Source: Octopus vulgaris (Eukaryota). From it: a stretch of DNA of 64,000 nt. The DNA lies in the NCBI GenBank assembly GCA_951406725.2, contig OX597823.1:62930001-62994000 (forward strand), in the 5' to 3' direction. The translations under genes and the position numbers were made by a program. Every line of letters begins with the position of its first letter. Within the stretch, counting starts at the first letter, position 1. Under the pieces are notes generated by a model. It worked only from the letters and a program-made list of their open reading frames with translations, ran no database searches and had not been told where the DNA came from. Of this stretch, positions 27,663-41,441 are shown one piece after another.

Positions 27663-28938
27663 CAGAGTGTCTCAGGAAGATTTACCCACGTTTAAAACTC
27701 TTTCTAAAGATTATCGGTTCAGGTAATATTGTCTACACTTTACATAAAGATTTGCAAACATCTTTTGTTCATGTGGTTGTTGTTTCGTTCATCTATAACA
27801 ATTTTGTAAACAAACATGGTGTCGAAAGCAAAACATAATCAGATTGCCGCTTTGAAAGCAGCGGGAGTGAGCAACAAGGTCATAACAAAATAGTTAAATG
27901 TGTGCCGTAAAACAGTATTCAATGCTTGAAAACGATATATGGAGTCCGCTACTACCTCCAGCGATCAATTCATACCAAATAAACTGTTGAGACTGTGAAA
28001 ATGCGAATGAACCGAAATCCCCGTAGGAGCGCAAGAAAAACTGCAAAAGTTCTTGATATTTCGAAATCGTCAATGCACAGGATTTTTAAAGAGGATTTGA
28101 AGCTAACTACATACAAGAAACAGACCCGGCAGTTAATTTCAGCAGCTTCAAAGAAGAAACGGCTCGACAGGAGTAAAATCAAGTTAGCTGAGAAGAAGTG
28201 CGCCGCTAACAAAGTGTTGATCTGGTCCGACGAGATGATCTTCACCGTGGAGGCAGTTACCAACAGGCAGAATGATAGGCTTTATACACGTAATGCAGGA
28301 GACTTGCCAGAAGGTAGCAGGAGTCATTTACGCGATCAAAAGCCAGCTTCACTCATAGTGTGGGCTGCAGTTGCATCTGATGGGTCCAGGTCTCCCTTGC
28401 TCTTCGTTAATGCTGGTGTCAAGGTCAACAGTGAAGTTTATGTGAAAATGCTGGATGAGAAAGTGTTGCCTTGGGTCACACAGAAACCTTTGATGACCGT
28501 TGAATCTTCACTCAGGATGGGTCTCCGGCCTATATATCCAATTTGACACAGAGGTAGTACAAAGAGCATTTCAGCAGTTTTGGGGACAAGACAATATGGC
28601 CTCCTTCAAGTTCAGACATCAATCCCATGGACTTTGCCGCCTGGTCCATCTTAGAGAGTACTGTTTCTGTTCGTTCTTATTCAAATGTGTCAGATTTGAA
28701 GGAAGCCCTAGTCTTCATGGGTCAAGTTGAATAAAGAGGTGGCACGGCGCTCATGCATCTCAGTGACCACTTGTTTGCAAGCTATGACCATGGCGAAAGG
28801 TGATTTTGAAACGTAACTCCTGCAACGGACTGAGAATTTACATTAGAACCTGCGTGCAAAATTTCATTATCCAACCTTAAGTTTATTTTGAATAATTAAG
28901 AAATATCGATGGGTAAATCATCTTTCTGAGACGCTCTG
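27663..28938 (+). mobile_element. Tc1/mariner-superfamily transposon (maT/DD37D-like), full length, decayed
   Basis: TA|cagagtgtctcaggaagatttaccca ... tgggtaaatcatctttctgagacgctctg|TA; transposase LIWSDEMIF, WAAVASDG, WPPSSSDINPMDF. Confidence 0.85.
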
Positions 28939-29077
28939 TATATAATTGACTTGTGAAAGAGTAGTTCAATGTGTCCCAATAAATTTCATTTCATATCTTC
29001 GCGTTTTTCGTTGTTAGAGGCAAATAATCACGTTATGTATTTACATTGCTCACATGTGATTGCTTAACAATTTCTCG

Positions 29078-29119
<42 letters not shown>

Positions 29120-29769
29120 ATGTATGTGTGTGTGTGTCTGTATATATGTATGCATGTATGTATGTATGTATGTATGTATGTATGTATGCATGCATGCATG
29201 TATGTATGTATGTATGTATGTATGTATGTATGTATGTATGTATGTATGTATGTGTGTAAGTATGTATATAATGTTTGCCTGTATTTTATCTGTCTGGTTA
29301 CCCTCCCATGGCTATACCTGTCTAATTATCTCTGTATCTTTACGCTGCCAAAGCTATCTGTCTTTGCATCTACGTGAACCAGAAGTAGTGTAGCTAGAGA
29401 GGTAAGGGACTGAGGGAGGCAATCGCTCTCCTCTGCCGGGCGCATGCGCGAAGGGGCATAACATTTCCTTTTGTCTTTCATAACCGTTAGTTAAGTGTGA
29501 GTGCCAAAAATAAATTTGCCCTTCTAAAGTGCTAAGAACCCTTGCTCTGGTACTAATGTAAATATATGTTACTGAGTATCTGTTGTTGTATAATCGACTG
29601 TATTTGAAATATATAATCACTCTGTTCTTTTTTGGAGAACCCTAATATTTCAAGGTTTCTCTACAGATCTTTTACATAACCCAATTCACCTATGATTAAA
29701 GGTATAAATGAAAAAAAAAAATCTATAGCTAGGATATAAGAGCTGTAAGTTTCTCATTAATTCTCCATA

Positions 29770-32200
29770 AATGTTTTCCTTTTCACCAATTCTCAACATG
29801 ATATTCACATCCATTGGGAAGCCGATCTCTACAACGGTGCATGATGTTTACTCCCTCTCCTGTACAGAATCTGGCCTGTTATGCTTATACCGGGCTACTG
29901 TCTGTATTGGAATGTTCTACAAAGGTGTGAATACTTTCTAGATCTGGTAAAACTTGGGCATGACCGCCAGAACAATCCTTTCTGCGTATAGCACTGTATA
30001 TGATTTTAACTGACAATGGCATGCTCCGACGGAAAGTGGTCTCTTGCGAATATTTTTCAAAAACTGCTGATATCGTGATCACTGCTATGACACAATCGAT
30101 ATTTTCCATCACAATTTGGAGGTTTTGCGGCATAGCTAATCAAGTATTTAGAAGCTATCTCTTGTTACTGGATATCAAAAGTGTAGCTTTCTAGGTGAGA
30201 GTGATGTATTTATTACAGATCTAAGAGAGGTTACTATTTCTGTCATCATACTATATCATAATGTTGTTGGTATTCTTTAGCTTGCGGGATAAGTACCCAT
30301 GCATAACTTTCTGTTGGTATGATGAGTATTTCTCCTCTAAATCTGCTTAAGTAGGTCAATCCAACTACTTTTGGTTCATATGGAATATGCATACTCGGAA
30401 TACTTGTTCAAGAGCCCTTCGCCTAATCTCACGATGTTATTACTTTCTCTGTTGCACATACACTCGATATACACGTTTCTCTCTTTAACGTACAGATGCG
30501 TCATCTAAGTACACAATGCAGCATTCAAAGGCCGTCTGGACTGATCTTATGCCTCCACATCCAATCCTCCGTTTACATAGATCCTATCAGTGTCACTGTT
30601 AGTGCAGAAATTACCAGTCCTTGTCAGTATCTTTCTGGTTCTGTTGTCCAAGCGGTAGATTTTTTTTTCACTTGTCTAGTCTGGCATCCCAAATCTTGGT
30701 ATTAACACTGATACTACGAAAGCATTGCGGGATAGGGTTTTATTGAATGCACAAAGCCCTGATCTCCGTCCCTTTCGAAGTCTGCTGAAGCATTCTTCTG
30801 TCACTCCAGTTTTACTCACAGCACCAGCATATGCAATATTCTAGTCGAATCTTAGGTATTTATGAAATTCATCACGGGTGATAAAGGAGATAGAGCACTG
30901 GTATCCATATTCCCCACCTGGTCGACAAACTTTTACCCCACACCCCGTTCACTTCTAAATATAAACGCTTAAGCTGACCAAACCATATTCTTATGTCGTG
31001 CGAAAATGTTGTGACCAGTTCTAACTGTCCCTTTGTGTCGCGAATATTACTTAAATATGATATAAGTTTATCAACCAAAAGGAAGTGGGTAATATTAATT
31101 TTTCTTTCGTCAACAGATACTAATATGTAATCCTTGCATTTCCTTAAGAGGGCTGATAAGAGGATCAATGCTAGGCAGAAAGGCATTGTAAATAAGTTGC
31201 CACTCTGTCCCAGCTGATGCCCTAATTCTGTTAGTGATTATAATGGTAACTTCAGTTCTTATAAACTCTGTGGATCATGTTGTTGTCAGTCTCTTAATGG
31301 CATGGACTATAACGGCTGGAACCTAAGCCAAGCGTAGTAACTCTATTATCCGTGAGTGAAGAACAGAGACAACGCCTTTTTGTAGATTTCGCCAGTGCTA
31401 TTTCGCTTCCTTAAGAACAACTTACTTGATGATGAGCAGTTCGATACAGTCCCAGACACTTACCCTTTTTTCCTGCAATCTGGGACTTTTTATCCGATAA
31501 TTAAGATTTTCATTTACCTTTCGCAGTTTGTATTTAAGAGTAATTAGAATTGCTCGTTAGTTATTCTTATCGACGGTTCCAGTAGACTTTAAATAACCTA
31601 TCGTAAAGACGCAGCTGGTGGCTAGTGAATTTATTATTCATTTCGCATTTAATGATAGCGTTTAACTGCCCAATATTTTTTCTGAACCTATCGGTATTAG
31701 CACGGAGAAATGTAATCCATTTTGGTTGTTTCTTCTCATCACGATTAATATTTGTTATTCCCAGTTATTGGAGGAAAAGGTACTCTGAGCGCAGTATAGT
31801 AGAACATTCAAAGACCAAAGTTTCGAATTCTCGGTCACTGCGAGTTGTTTCTTAGCTTCTTGATCCATCATGTATAACATCATGTCTGAAAGTTTTCTTT
31901 CTGTTCAGGTGGTGATCGTTCCCTCATGTAATAGTTTATTAGTGTAGGTGGCAAAGTTTTGATTGAAATTGTGGTTCCAGTTGTTTATGTCCTTCACTCG
32001 TAACTTGTGTTTGTTCATGGTCAGCTTCTGCTCGTTCGCTTAACACTAACATCTTCATCTTACTCTTATTCTTATCGTATCAGTTGCATCCCGTGTTGTT
32101 TACAGTTTTCTCAGAAGAAGAGTTCACTTGTTTTGTTTGAATCATTTAATATACGATTTTCATGTTCTCAAGGAATAACAGCAAGTTATTCTCGATGAAT
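29770..32200 (-). mobile_element. heavily decayed R4-like LINE (RT to restriction-like endonuclease)
   Basis: ITHFLLVDKL (ITHLLFVDDL-like), LVTTFSHDIRIWFG, HNRPD..VVEIGFP near 29870. Confidence 0.6.
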
Positions 32201-32399
32201 GCTGCTTGTCAACGTTGCTCTTTGGCATTGAAGTGCGAGCGATTCTATGTATGTATGTAAAGTACGTACGTACGTATGTATGTATGTATGTATGTATGTA
32301 TGTATGTATGTATGTATGTATGTATGTATGTATGTATGTATGTTTGTATGTATGTATGTATGTTTGTGTGTATGCATGTATGCATTTCTTCTGGAATGG

Positions 32400-32729
32400 T
32401 GAGATATGATTTCTTTTTGTGGGGATATTTAAAATCAAAAGTATTCAGTCATCGCCCTCGATCTATTGATGAATTAAAACGTGCAGTTTGTGTAGAAATA
32501 ACAACCATTCCAGATGAAATGATCCATAGAGTTATCGATAACTTTCATGAACGTCTCCAACAGTGTGTTGACAATGATGGGAAGCATTTAGCTGATTTAA
32601 TTTTTTAAACTTGATGAAATAAAATGGCATTATATGTACATTCAGAAAATAAAAATTTTCTTTTCATTATTTCTTATTTTGTGCTTTTATTAAGTCTCCA
32701 AATATGTCAGATCATTTTGGTCCACCCTG
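32400..32729 (+). mobile_element. right end of a Tc1/mariner-type transposon
   Basis: DFFLWGYLKSKVF...RLQQCVDNDGKHL; end ttttggtccaccctg|TA. Confidence 0.75.
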
Positions 32730-34446
32730 TATTCTCGTGATTACGGAGATCATACTGTGACTTGAAATGGTCTCGTATTGAATAGCTCCTTTGTGTCTCA
32801 GAAGAGGTTTTCTATTTCTTTCTTTTTGTAAGTGGCTTAGTCAGAAGAGGAAGGAGTAACGTATATGTCTCTTTCTCAGAATCATCGAAGCTGATGAGCG
32901 GGAGAAAGGGCGTTGCTCTCAGAACGGAGAGCTGGTCCGAATGTTTGCACTCAAGGTGTTAAACTGGAAGACAAATTATATCTACCAACCCCCAAAGTGT
33001 GGTCTATCCAACGATTCGTAAAAGTTTGGTCGATCCGAGACAGTGGTAGAAAACTCTCGTTTAAAAGCCGTGCATTGGGACTGAAACCCAAGGTAAGTAG
33101 TTGCGAAATTCATCTTCTTAACCACACAACCAGAACTACTACAACTACTTATATATAGATTGATGGTGGGTTTTGTCATTATTTCATGACAACAGATGAG
33201 ATTTGTTTCGCTATCTTTAAACTGATCTTTCAATGAATCCCTCTTGAGTTAAGAAACATATGGTGTAGGCACAACATATTTTCATTGAGCTGCCAACAAG
33301 ACTTTGATTGAATCACTGCTGGTAAAAGGTCTGAAAGCACGAACTGGTCTACTGCGGTGGAGATCATAGTCTTATCTACATTATCTACTTTGAGCTGCCA
33401 CTGAACGTTGATTGAATCATCTCAGTTAAGAGGTTTGAGAACGTCAGTTGATCTTCCACTAATGTTCAACCTTATTTAGACTCTGATGAATAGGTTTAAG
33501 ATTCATTAATCATAGAGATATAGAATAAATTTTTTGTTGTTATAAATTCTGACAAACACAATCCAGTAAAAAGAATTACACTGTATAACAAAATTTTTAT
33601 TTATTTGTTTGATTTCGATCAGTAAGTGTTATTTCCTATTTGCTTCTATCTAGAAATCAAAGGAAATGACTACTATTCCCTTCAAACCATGCTTTTGTCA
33701 CCTGGACATCAATGTTTTGAAACTAATCTATTTTCCATTTCATATCAGACAGAATTGAGCGAATATTCTGCTCAATATCACAGATTTGCTTGTTAGTTGC
33801 TTGACCTTAACCACTTGAGCAGGTCCCTTAATGGATGACAACATCTGCACCTCTGATCATGAGCAGGAGTAGTGGAGGAGCATCATAGCCATATGTTGAG
33901 AGGGATTCTCTGGAGATTGAATAATTGTAACAATTTGGTCGGCCCGAGGCTAAAGTAGAAGACACTTGCCCAAAGTAGCATGCAGTAGGACTGCAGGGTA
34001 CCTTGCAGATAGATCTATCCCGTGTTTGTTGTAACTTAGATAAGAAACTAGGAACTCACCGCCTTCTGAAAAACCAAGTGTAGCTTTCTGAAAGAAATAT
34101 AAAATTTGAGGGGGAAATAATTTCACTGGAATATGTTCTGATGATTTTATTTTATTCAAAGCCTATCTTTTCCACTAATTAGGAAATTGAGAAGCAAGTA
34201 TTTTTGTTTCTTAATCTACACTTGTAATTACGTTTTAAAAATGTAAATATAAACTGTGGTCTATCACAAGTATTGAGTTGTCATAATGTGCATCCTTTTA
34301 GAGAGGGCCTTGCACACTATTTTAAAGAACAGTTAAGCAAGATAAAGTAAAAGTTGCTTTAAAAATTTAGGTTGGCTGTTAAAATTTGTTTCCATTTAGT
34401 TAGGGTTTTATAAATGATTATATTTTTTAATAAAAATAACATAATA

Positions 34447-34847
34447 GGCTGTGTGGTAAGTAGCTTACTTACCAACCCCATGGTTCCCGGTTCAGTCCCA
34501 CTGCGTGGCACCTTGGGCAAGTGTCTTCTACTATAGCCGCGGGCCGACCAAAGCCTTGTGAGTGGATTTGATAGACGGAAACTGAAAGAAGCCCGTCGTA
34601 TATATGTATGTGTGTGTATATATGTTTGTGTGTCTGTGTTTGTCCTCCCCAACATCGCTTGACAACCGAAGCTGGTGTGTTTACGTCCCCGTAACTTAGC
34701 AGTTCGGCAAAAGAGCCCGGCAGAATAAGTACTAAGCTTACAAAGAATAAGTCCCGGGGTCGATTTGCTCAACTAAAGGCGGTGCTCCAGTATGGCCACA
34801 GTCAAATGACTGAAACAAGTAAAAGAGTAAAGAGAGTAAAAGAGTAG
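34447..34847 (+). mobile_element. full-length composite tRNA SINE
   Basis: tRNA-like head, ccttgggcaagtgtctt core, internal TA/TG tract, tail ggcggtgctccag...cagtcaaatgactgaaac(aaagagt)n. Confidence 0.85.
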
Positions 34848-35777
34848 AGATTAAATAGTTTACAATATTTGTTAATACAACCTTGTCAAATGGCAATTAA
34901 TTTCAATGCGGCTTTCTAACATAAAACGGTCCCCTGATACAGTATTTTTATATCCATCAGTAATTTTTAAGTTTTTGTGATTTTAGATGATACTAATCGC
35001 CACTAGACCGTGATTTTAGACCAAGAGGTTATTCGTGCATAGTTCAACGTTTAAATAACGACAGTAGTATCATCATATCAAGATTGCACAACGAGAAGTG
35101 TAAAAGCCTGGTTTATGCTCAACACGGACAAGTAACGTTTACTTAGACTGTGCATGAGGAATACTCATCGAGTAAAGGTTTCTCAGAACAAACATGAACT
35201 CATTGAAAAGACTGATTGATAGACTCGAACTAGATTCAAGTATTTACAGCTTTTATACCATAAATCTTCTAAAGAGCCAGAAACAAACAAAAAAAAAATA
35301 CTGATATACTGTACTAAAGTGTGTATATTTTCTTTAGCAATTCTCTGACTTCACATCGTGATTTTTGTTCACGAGAAATTGCGAGAATTTGCTAGTGTTA
35401 CCTCAGGAACACCTACTTGCGAGAATTCTCTACTATTATCCTAGGAACACCTACGAAACACTCTGATCATGAACGTTCCTTTTACCATTAATTATATATT
35501 ACAGTTCATTTTATTTACACTCCAGAATCTGTAAGATATTGGCATATCGCGCTATTTTTTAATGACTCATTCAGTATTCCTGTATTCTGCAGCAGTGTAC
35601 CATCTTGTCGATAATATTTCTAATTCAAGGTTTCCAGTTTCCAACCTTATTACCTGTTTGTATCATATTCTAATCAATATCACAGGTCAACAAGTAATTT
35701 TTTATCAGAGGTAATTTTATGATTATTTAAGCTATCATTTTTTTTTCGCACTAGTTCTGCAGCTAATCCTTTTTCAA

Positions 35778-35820
<43 letters not shown>

Positions 35821-36027
35821 ATAGAGCATATGTTTTGTTTGAACCTGTCATTCTGCCCGTAGTAACATCAACTTCAGTAATGTTTATTTGTACAGAAGCA
35901 TAATCTTTGGCAGCAATAATGCTATTACTGGCTGAACATTTCCTTGGGATATACATATCCACGAATTCACCTGCTTCGTTCTGCATAATCCTTTCTTTAT
36001 TCTAAGAAAATCTTAGTTAAAATGGAC
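35821..36027 (-). pseudogene. RPS21: 40S ribosomal protein S21 fragment (41 nt of upstream sequence + codons 1-55), 3'-truncated into (TA)n
   Basis: [55 protein letters not shown] is the eS21 N-terminus; normally conserved R and H are changed (SNSII, KDY); no C-terminus. Confidence 0.92.
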
Positions 36028-36070
36028 GTCCATTTTAACTAAGATTTTCTTAGAATAAAGAAAGGATTAT
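35985..36070. repeat. perfect 86-bp palindrome (43-bp arms, no spacer)
   Basis: ataatcctttctttattctaagaaaatcttagttaaaatggac|gtccattttaactaagattttcttagaataaagaaaggattat. Confidence 0.97.
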
Positions 36071-36088
36071 ATACATATATATATATAT

Positions 36089-36143
<55 letters not shown>

Positions 36144-36369
36144 ATGAGAAAGAGAGAATAAGTGCTAAGTTAAGGCTTAATCATAATTAGGAGGGGTTGT
36201 AGAGACTTTATGTAATGGGCAAAAGTTTCTCTTATAGCCACTCTTTACCCCGTGGACCTAGTCCTCAATAAAGATTTCAGAGTTCAAATAATTCGAGCAC
36301 TACTGCGTGCTTTCTATTCTGAGCTTCTTTACCCCTCTTTAATATGCATACGCGTGCACGCACACTAAC

Positions 36370-36417
<48 letters not shown>

Positions 36418-36529
36418 GTCTGTCTGTATGTATACAGACACATACATACATACATACATACATACATACATACATACATACATACATACATACATACATA
36501 CATACATACATACTGCTTCGAAACCTTCA

Positions 36530-36850
36530 GCTTCTATATCTAGACTATGAATTCATATTCATACCAATAATAATTGGAGCACTAGGCTTTGTTAATAAAT
36601 GCTTAAAGGAGAATCTGGATAAACTGGGATTTTCAGGAAGAGAAATCGACCGGCTGATTCGTACAAGTGCAATCTGTGAGTGGAACAGTAAAAGTTTGCA
36701 AGACGTTTCTTAAGTTATAAATGCGAATTTGTCTGTGTTAACTACATCCCAAAGATGGAGCCTTGTAGATTCAGTTTTGACTGGGACTTTAATTTGCGCT
36801 CGATAGTTTATTCAGCCAGTAGAGATAACTTGCATTTATAATGATTCTAA
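36530..36850 (+). mobile_element. 3' fragment of a restriction-like-endonuclease LINE
   Basis: IPIIIGALGFVNKCLKENLDKLGF...SGTVKVCKTFLKL*. Confidence 0.5.
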
Positions 36851-37589
36851 CTTGGTTAACTTGAAACAAAACATAAATGGCTACAAGCATTTGGACCAGA
36901 ACTCTGTGCCGTCTGAGCTTACTTTCTTTCCTTTAGTCGTTGCTGGAAGACTTGGGAAAGGTAATAGGTGCTCTCCTTTCTCACCTAATTAAGTCAGGCG
37001 CCTACAAAAACAAACACAAAAGAAAAATAGCAGGTTGTGTGTTTTCAACAAAGAGTGCTCAAGATGAATTTGCGCCAAAGTATCCAGCATTAAGTGTAAC
37101 TACTACATGTCAAACGTGTTAATAATTAGCTAAGAGACGAACTCATCACTGGCCTTTGTTATTTCAAATTGAAGACCTGCCTTTTCGGTTGAGGGAGGTT
37201 TCTAATAACTGGAAATGCTATTGTCTTTGTCCATGTATACGTTTGTATGAGTAGATGTGTATATCTATCTATGTGTGTGTATGTGTGTGTGTATGCACGT
37301 GTGTGGCTAAGTTTTTATGTGTGTGTGTGTGGGGGGGGCTAAGTGTTTGTGTGTGTGTGCGTGTGCAGGTGTGAGTATGTATATGTATCTGTGTGTATAC
37401 GTGTGTATGTGATCATGTATGTGTGTGTGCGCGTGTGTGTGTGTATGTATATCTGTGTGCATGTTGTTGCGTGAGCGTGTATATGTGCATGTCTATGTGC
37501 GTATGTTTCAACATGTATGTGTGTCTAAGTTCGTATGTCTATGTGTGTGTATATATGTGTGTGTCTGTGTGTGTTTGTGTGTATATGAG

Positions 37590-37912
37590 TGTGTGTGTTG
37601 AGAGAGAGAGAGAGAGAAAGAGGGAGAGAGAGAGAGAGGAAGAGAGAGATAAAGAGAGAGATAAAGAGAGAGCTAAAGAGAGAGAGAAAGAGATAGATAG
37701 AGAGAGAGAAAGAGATAGATAGGGAGAGAGAAAGAGATAGATTGAGTGATAGAGATAGAGAGAGATAGAGAGAGATAGAAAGAGATAGATAGAGAGAGAG
37801 AGAGAGAAGAGATAGATAGATAGATAGAGAGAAAGAGATAGAGAAAGAGAGAGAAAGAGATAGATAGAGAGAAAGAGATAGATAGAGTGATAGAGATAGA
37901 GAGAGATAGAGA

Positions 37913-37948
<36 letters not shown>

Positions 37949-37960
37949 AAGAGAGAGACA
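37590..37960. repeat. degenerate (GA)/(GATA) purine tract
   Basis: direct inspection. Confidence 0.9.
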
Positions 37961-38241
37961 GGGCGGTGAAAATATAAACGTGAAGTCTTTCTGAGAGCAT
38001 CTTTATAAAACAGAAGAACACGAAGAATAAAAAAGAGACCCAGAAGGACAAAAGAATAACAAAAGGAAAACGTGGAAAATACAAAAAAAAAAAAGAGAGA
38101 AAAAATCAGACAGAAGAAGAAAAGTACAACATCCATAACCACGACGACGACGACGACTACTACGACGACGATGGCGACAATAACTGTTCAAAGTAACACC
38201 AACGTATTATACTTAATACTTGTTTGTGTTTTTGTACCAAC

Positions 38242-38272
<31 letters not shown>

Positions 38273-38440
38273 GCTGCTGCTGCTGCTGCTGCCATTGTTG
38301 TTGCCCTAATTTATCACAGCAATCACAATTAATTTTGCTGCAATCTAAACATGTAGCGAAGTATTTAAGTATTGTCTTCTTTTCAATAGCTTTGAAATTA
38401 CCCCGAGGTAGCTACACGCACGCACGCACGCACGCACTCA

Positions 38441-38484
<44 letters not shown>

Positions 38485-38504
38485 CTCACGCACGCACGCA
38501 CTCA

Positions 38505-38536
<32 letters not shown>

Positions 38537-38590
38537 CACAAAGACATATACACATACGCACACATATGCATACGCACACACATACACACA

Positions 38591-38626
<36 letters not shown>

Positions 38627-38989
38627 ATTCGGCGATGCTGACAGTACAGGGTGGCTATTTTCGTCTGCCGTTACGTTCTGAGTTCAAATTCCGCCGAGGT
38701 CGACTTTGCCTTTCATCCTTTCGGGGTCGATTAAATAAGTACCAGTTACGCACTGGGGTCGATGTAATCGACCTAATCCGTTTGTCTGTCCTTGTTTGTC
38801 CCCTCTGTGTTTAGCCCCTTGTTGGTAGTGAAGAAATAAGTACAGGGTGGCTATCTATACATTAGTAATACACACACAAATGAGTGTGTATGTGTGTGTT
38901 TGTGTGTGTGTGTGTATTCTTATTTGCATGTGCGTGTGCGTCCTTACCTGTCTGCTTATATGCATACATATACTTACATATTCTTTTAA

Positions 38990-39358
38990 AATTCTTTTTA
39001 CTTGTTTCAGTCATTCGACTGCGGCCATGCTGGAGCACCGCCTTAAAGAGCTTTAGTCGAAGAACTCGACCTCAAGACTTATGCTATCGCTTTTTTTGAC
39101 CGAGCCGCTATGTTATAAACATACCAGCATCGGTTGTCAAGCGATGGCGGGAGAACAAACTCACACACTCAAACACACACACACACATATATATATACGA
39201 CATGCTTCTTTCAGTTTCCATCTACCAAATCCACTCACAAGGCTTTGGTCGGTCCGAGGCTATAGTAGAAGACACTTGCCCAAAATGCCACGCAGTGGGA
39301 CGAACCCAGAACCATGTGGTTGGGAAACAAGCTTCTTAACACACAGCCACGCCGGTAA

Positions 39359-39448
<90 letters not shown>

Positions 39449-39771
39449 TTGGGCAAGTGTCTTCTACTATAGCCTCGGGCCAACCAAAGCCTTGTGAGTG
39501 GATTTGGTAGACGGAAACTGAAAGAAGCCCGTCATATATATGTATATATTTGCGGGTGTGTTTGTGTGTCTGTGTTTGTCCCCCCAACATCGTTTGACAA
39601 CCGGTGCTGGTATGTTCACGTCCCCGTAACTTAGCGGTTCGGCAAAAGAGACCGATAGAATAAGTACTAGGCTTACAAAGAATAAGTCCTGAGGGTCGAT
39701 TTCCTCGACTAAAGGCGGTGCGTCAGCATGGCCGTAGTCAAATGACTGAAACAAGTAAAAGAGTAAAAAGA

Positions 39772-39772
<1 letters not shown>
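38990..39772. mobile_element. two composite SINEs in divergent orientation (38990-39356 minus, 39449-39772 plus) around (TA)n
   Basis: cacaaggctttggtcgg...cttgcccaa / ttgggcaag...caaagccttgtg. Confidence 0.85.
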
Positions 39773-39848
<76 letters not shown>

Positions 39849-40242
39849 TTGATGGCAGTCCACTAGTGACTGAGGAAAGCCATTACTGACCTTTAGGAAC
39901 ATTGTGCGCTGAAGACTAACTTATAATTTATAAATAAAAAAAGAAAGAGAAGCAATACACATGTAAAGTAAAAGTCAGCAGTGCCCGTGCAAAATGTTTG
40001 GTCCAATAAGGCTTTCATGAAACCTCATAGAGCCTCTCCACTTTATGGACATTGTCCAGAGACAAGCCGATGGAAGATGTCTGGTGCCGATATGAGTTGC
40101 AGGCTCAGAGATGCAAACGCAAAAGATCTCCAAAATGTCCAATGCCATTCCATGCGCATCTGGTTTTATATCAGAGTAGCCTTCTCCTAGAGACATGCTT
40201 CATCAAGAGCTAAGGGGTGATTCACTCCCAGTGGTCATCCAG

Positions 40243-40546
40243 GTGGAGGCACTTGGCCTAGTGGTCAGAGCAGCGGACTCGCGGTCGAGGGATCGCGGGT
40301 TCGAATCTCAGACCGGGCGATGTATGTGTTTATGAGCGAAACATCTAAGCTCCACGCGGCTCCGGCAGAAGGTAATGGCGAACTTCTGCTGACTCTTTCG
40401 CCCCCATTTTCTCTCACTCTTTCTTCCTGCATCTTGCAGCTCACCTTCGACGGACCGGCGTCCCGTCCAGGTGGGGAACCTATACGCCAAGGAAACCGGG
40501 AAACCGGCCCTATGAGCCAGGCATGGCTTGAGAAGGAACAAACAAA
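40243..40546 (+). mobile_element. tRNA-Arg-like SINE with 13-bp TSD
   Basis: agtggtcatccag (40230) / agtggttatccag (40547); B-box ggttcgaatc. Confidence 0.85.
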
Positions 40547-41068
40547 AGTGGTTATCCAGAACGCCTGACAACATCCCGAAATTTCTCCGTGACCGTGCTA
40601 TTGCTAGATAGTCGTTGAACCTCCACTAAGGTTCATCCAGCCTTCTATATATATATTGTTTGCACTGTTATTAGTCGTAAGACACCTGCTGTTTTTACTA
40701 TTATTGCTTTTGTATTTCATGTTTTTGTATTTCATTATTGTTTTTTGTTTTTTTTATATTCGTGTGGCACCGTCCGTTTTGCTGTCCCTGTGTTCGTATG
40801 CATTCGATCCTTCTTCCAGGAAATCTACGCTCCTAGCTTAGATTTTCTAATGCTCGTTGCTTAGTTTTTCCTGGAGGGCTGGCCGGATCTAGTAATCTCA
40901 AGATTAATCAGCCGAAATTACTACGATGATCCGGTTCTTGACTGAAGACTGAGGGCTTCGAATGTCCTGTCTGTGTTTGTTGTATCGTCTTCTAAGTGTT
41001 ATGCGTTCTTGTCACAGTTTGTATTTTTTTACATATCATAATATATATATATATATATATATATAAAC

Positions 41069-41290
41069 AAAATAAGCATCAAGGATATTCAGAGGTAATA
41101 CCGTATGATCGTTTCATGCAACTCCATTTTAGAGACCAAACTTCTGCTGCACAAAGATATAGAATTTGTGCAACTGAATATTGCTCTACATTTTAAATTG
41201 ATGTAACGAAATGATTGCATTGTTCAATAAAATGGAGTTGCATGAAACGATCGTACTGCATTACCTCTGGATATCCTTGTTGCTTATTTT
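41069..41290. repeat. imperfect inverted repeat (~63-bp arms) in a (TA)n-flanked cassette (41065-41380)
   Basis: gatcgtttcatgcaactccatttta / taaaatggagttgcatgaaacgatc. Confidence 0.85.
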
Positions 41291-41377
41291 GATTTTAATC
41301 ACCTTATTTTGAAATTGTATGGATAATACCGTACTAAATTCGGGTGCCTCAACTTAAGTACCATATTCATCTGAATC

Positions 41378-41441
<64 letters not shown>

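Noticed and set aside
35774-35986. Functional RPS21 gene
   Set aside because: The frame runs into TA at codon 55 with no splice donor, conserved residues are changed, and no remaining exons are seen.
40243-40320. tRNA genes at SINE heads (also 5930-6000 and 51290-51365)
   Set aside because: No complete cloverleaf; they continue into SINE bodies bounded by TSDs.
40868-40940. ctggagggctg...cagccgaaa hammerhead-like string
   Set aside because: Two core mismatches, no stem I, and a competing hairpin explains the symmetry.
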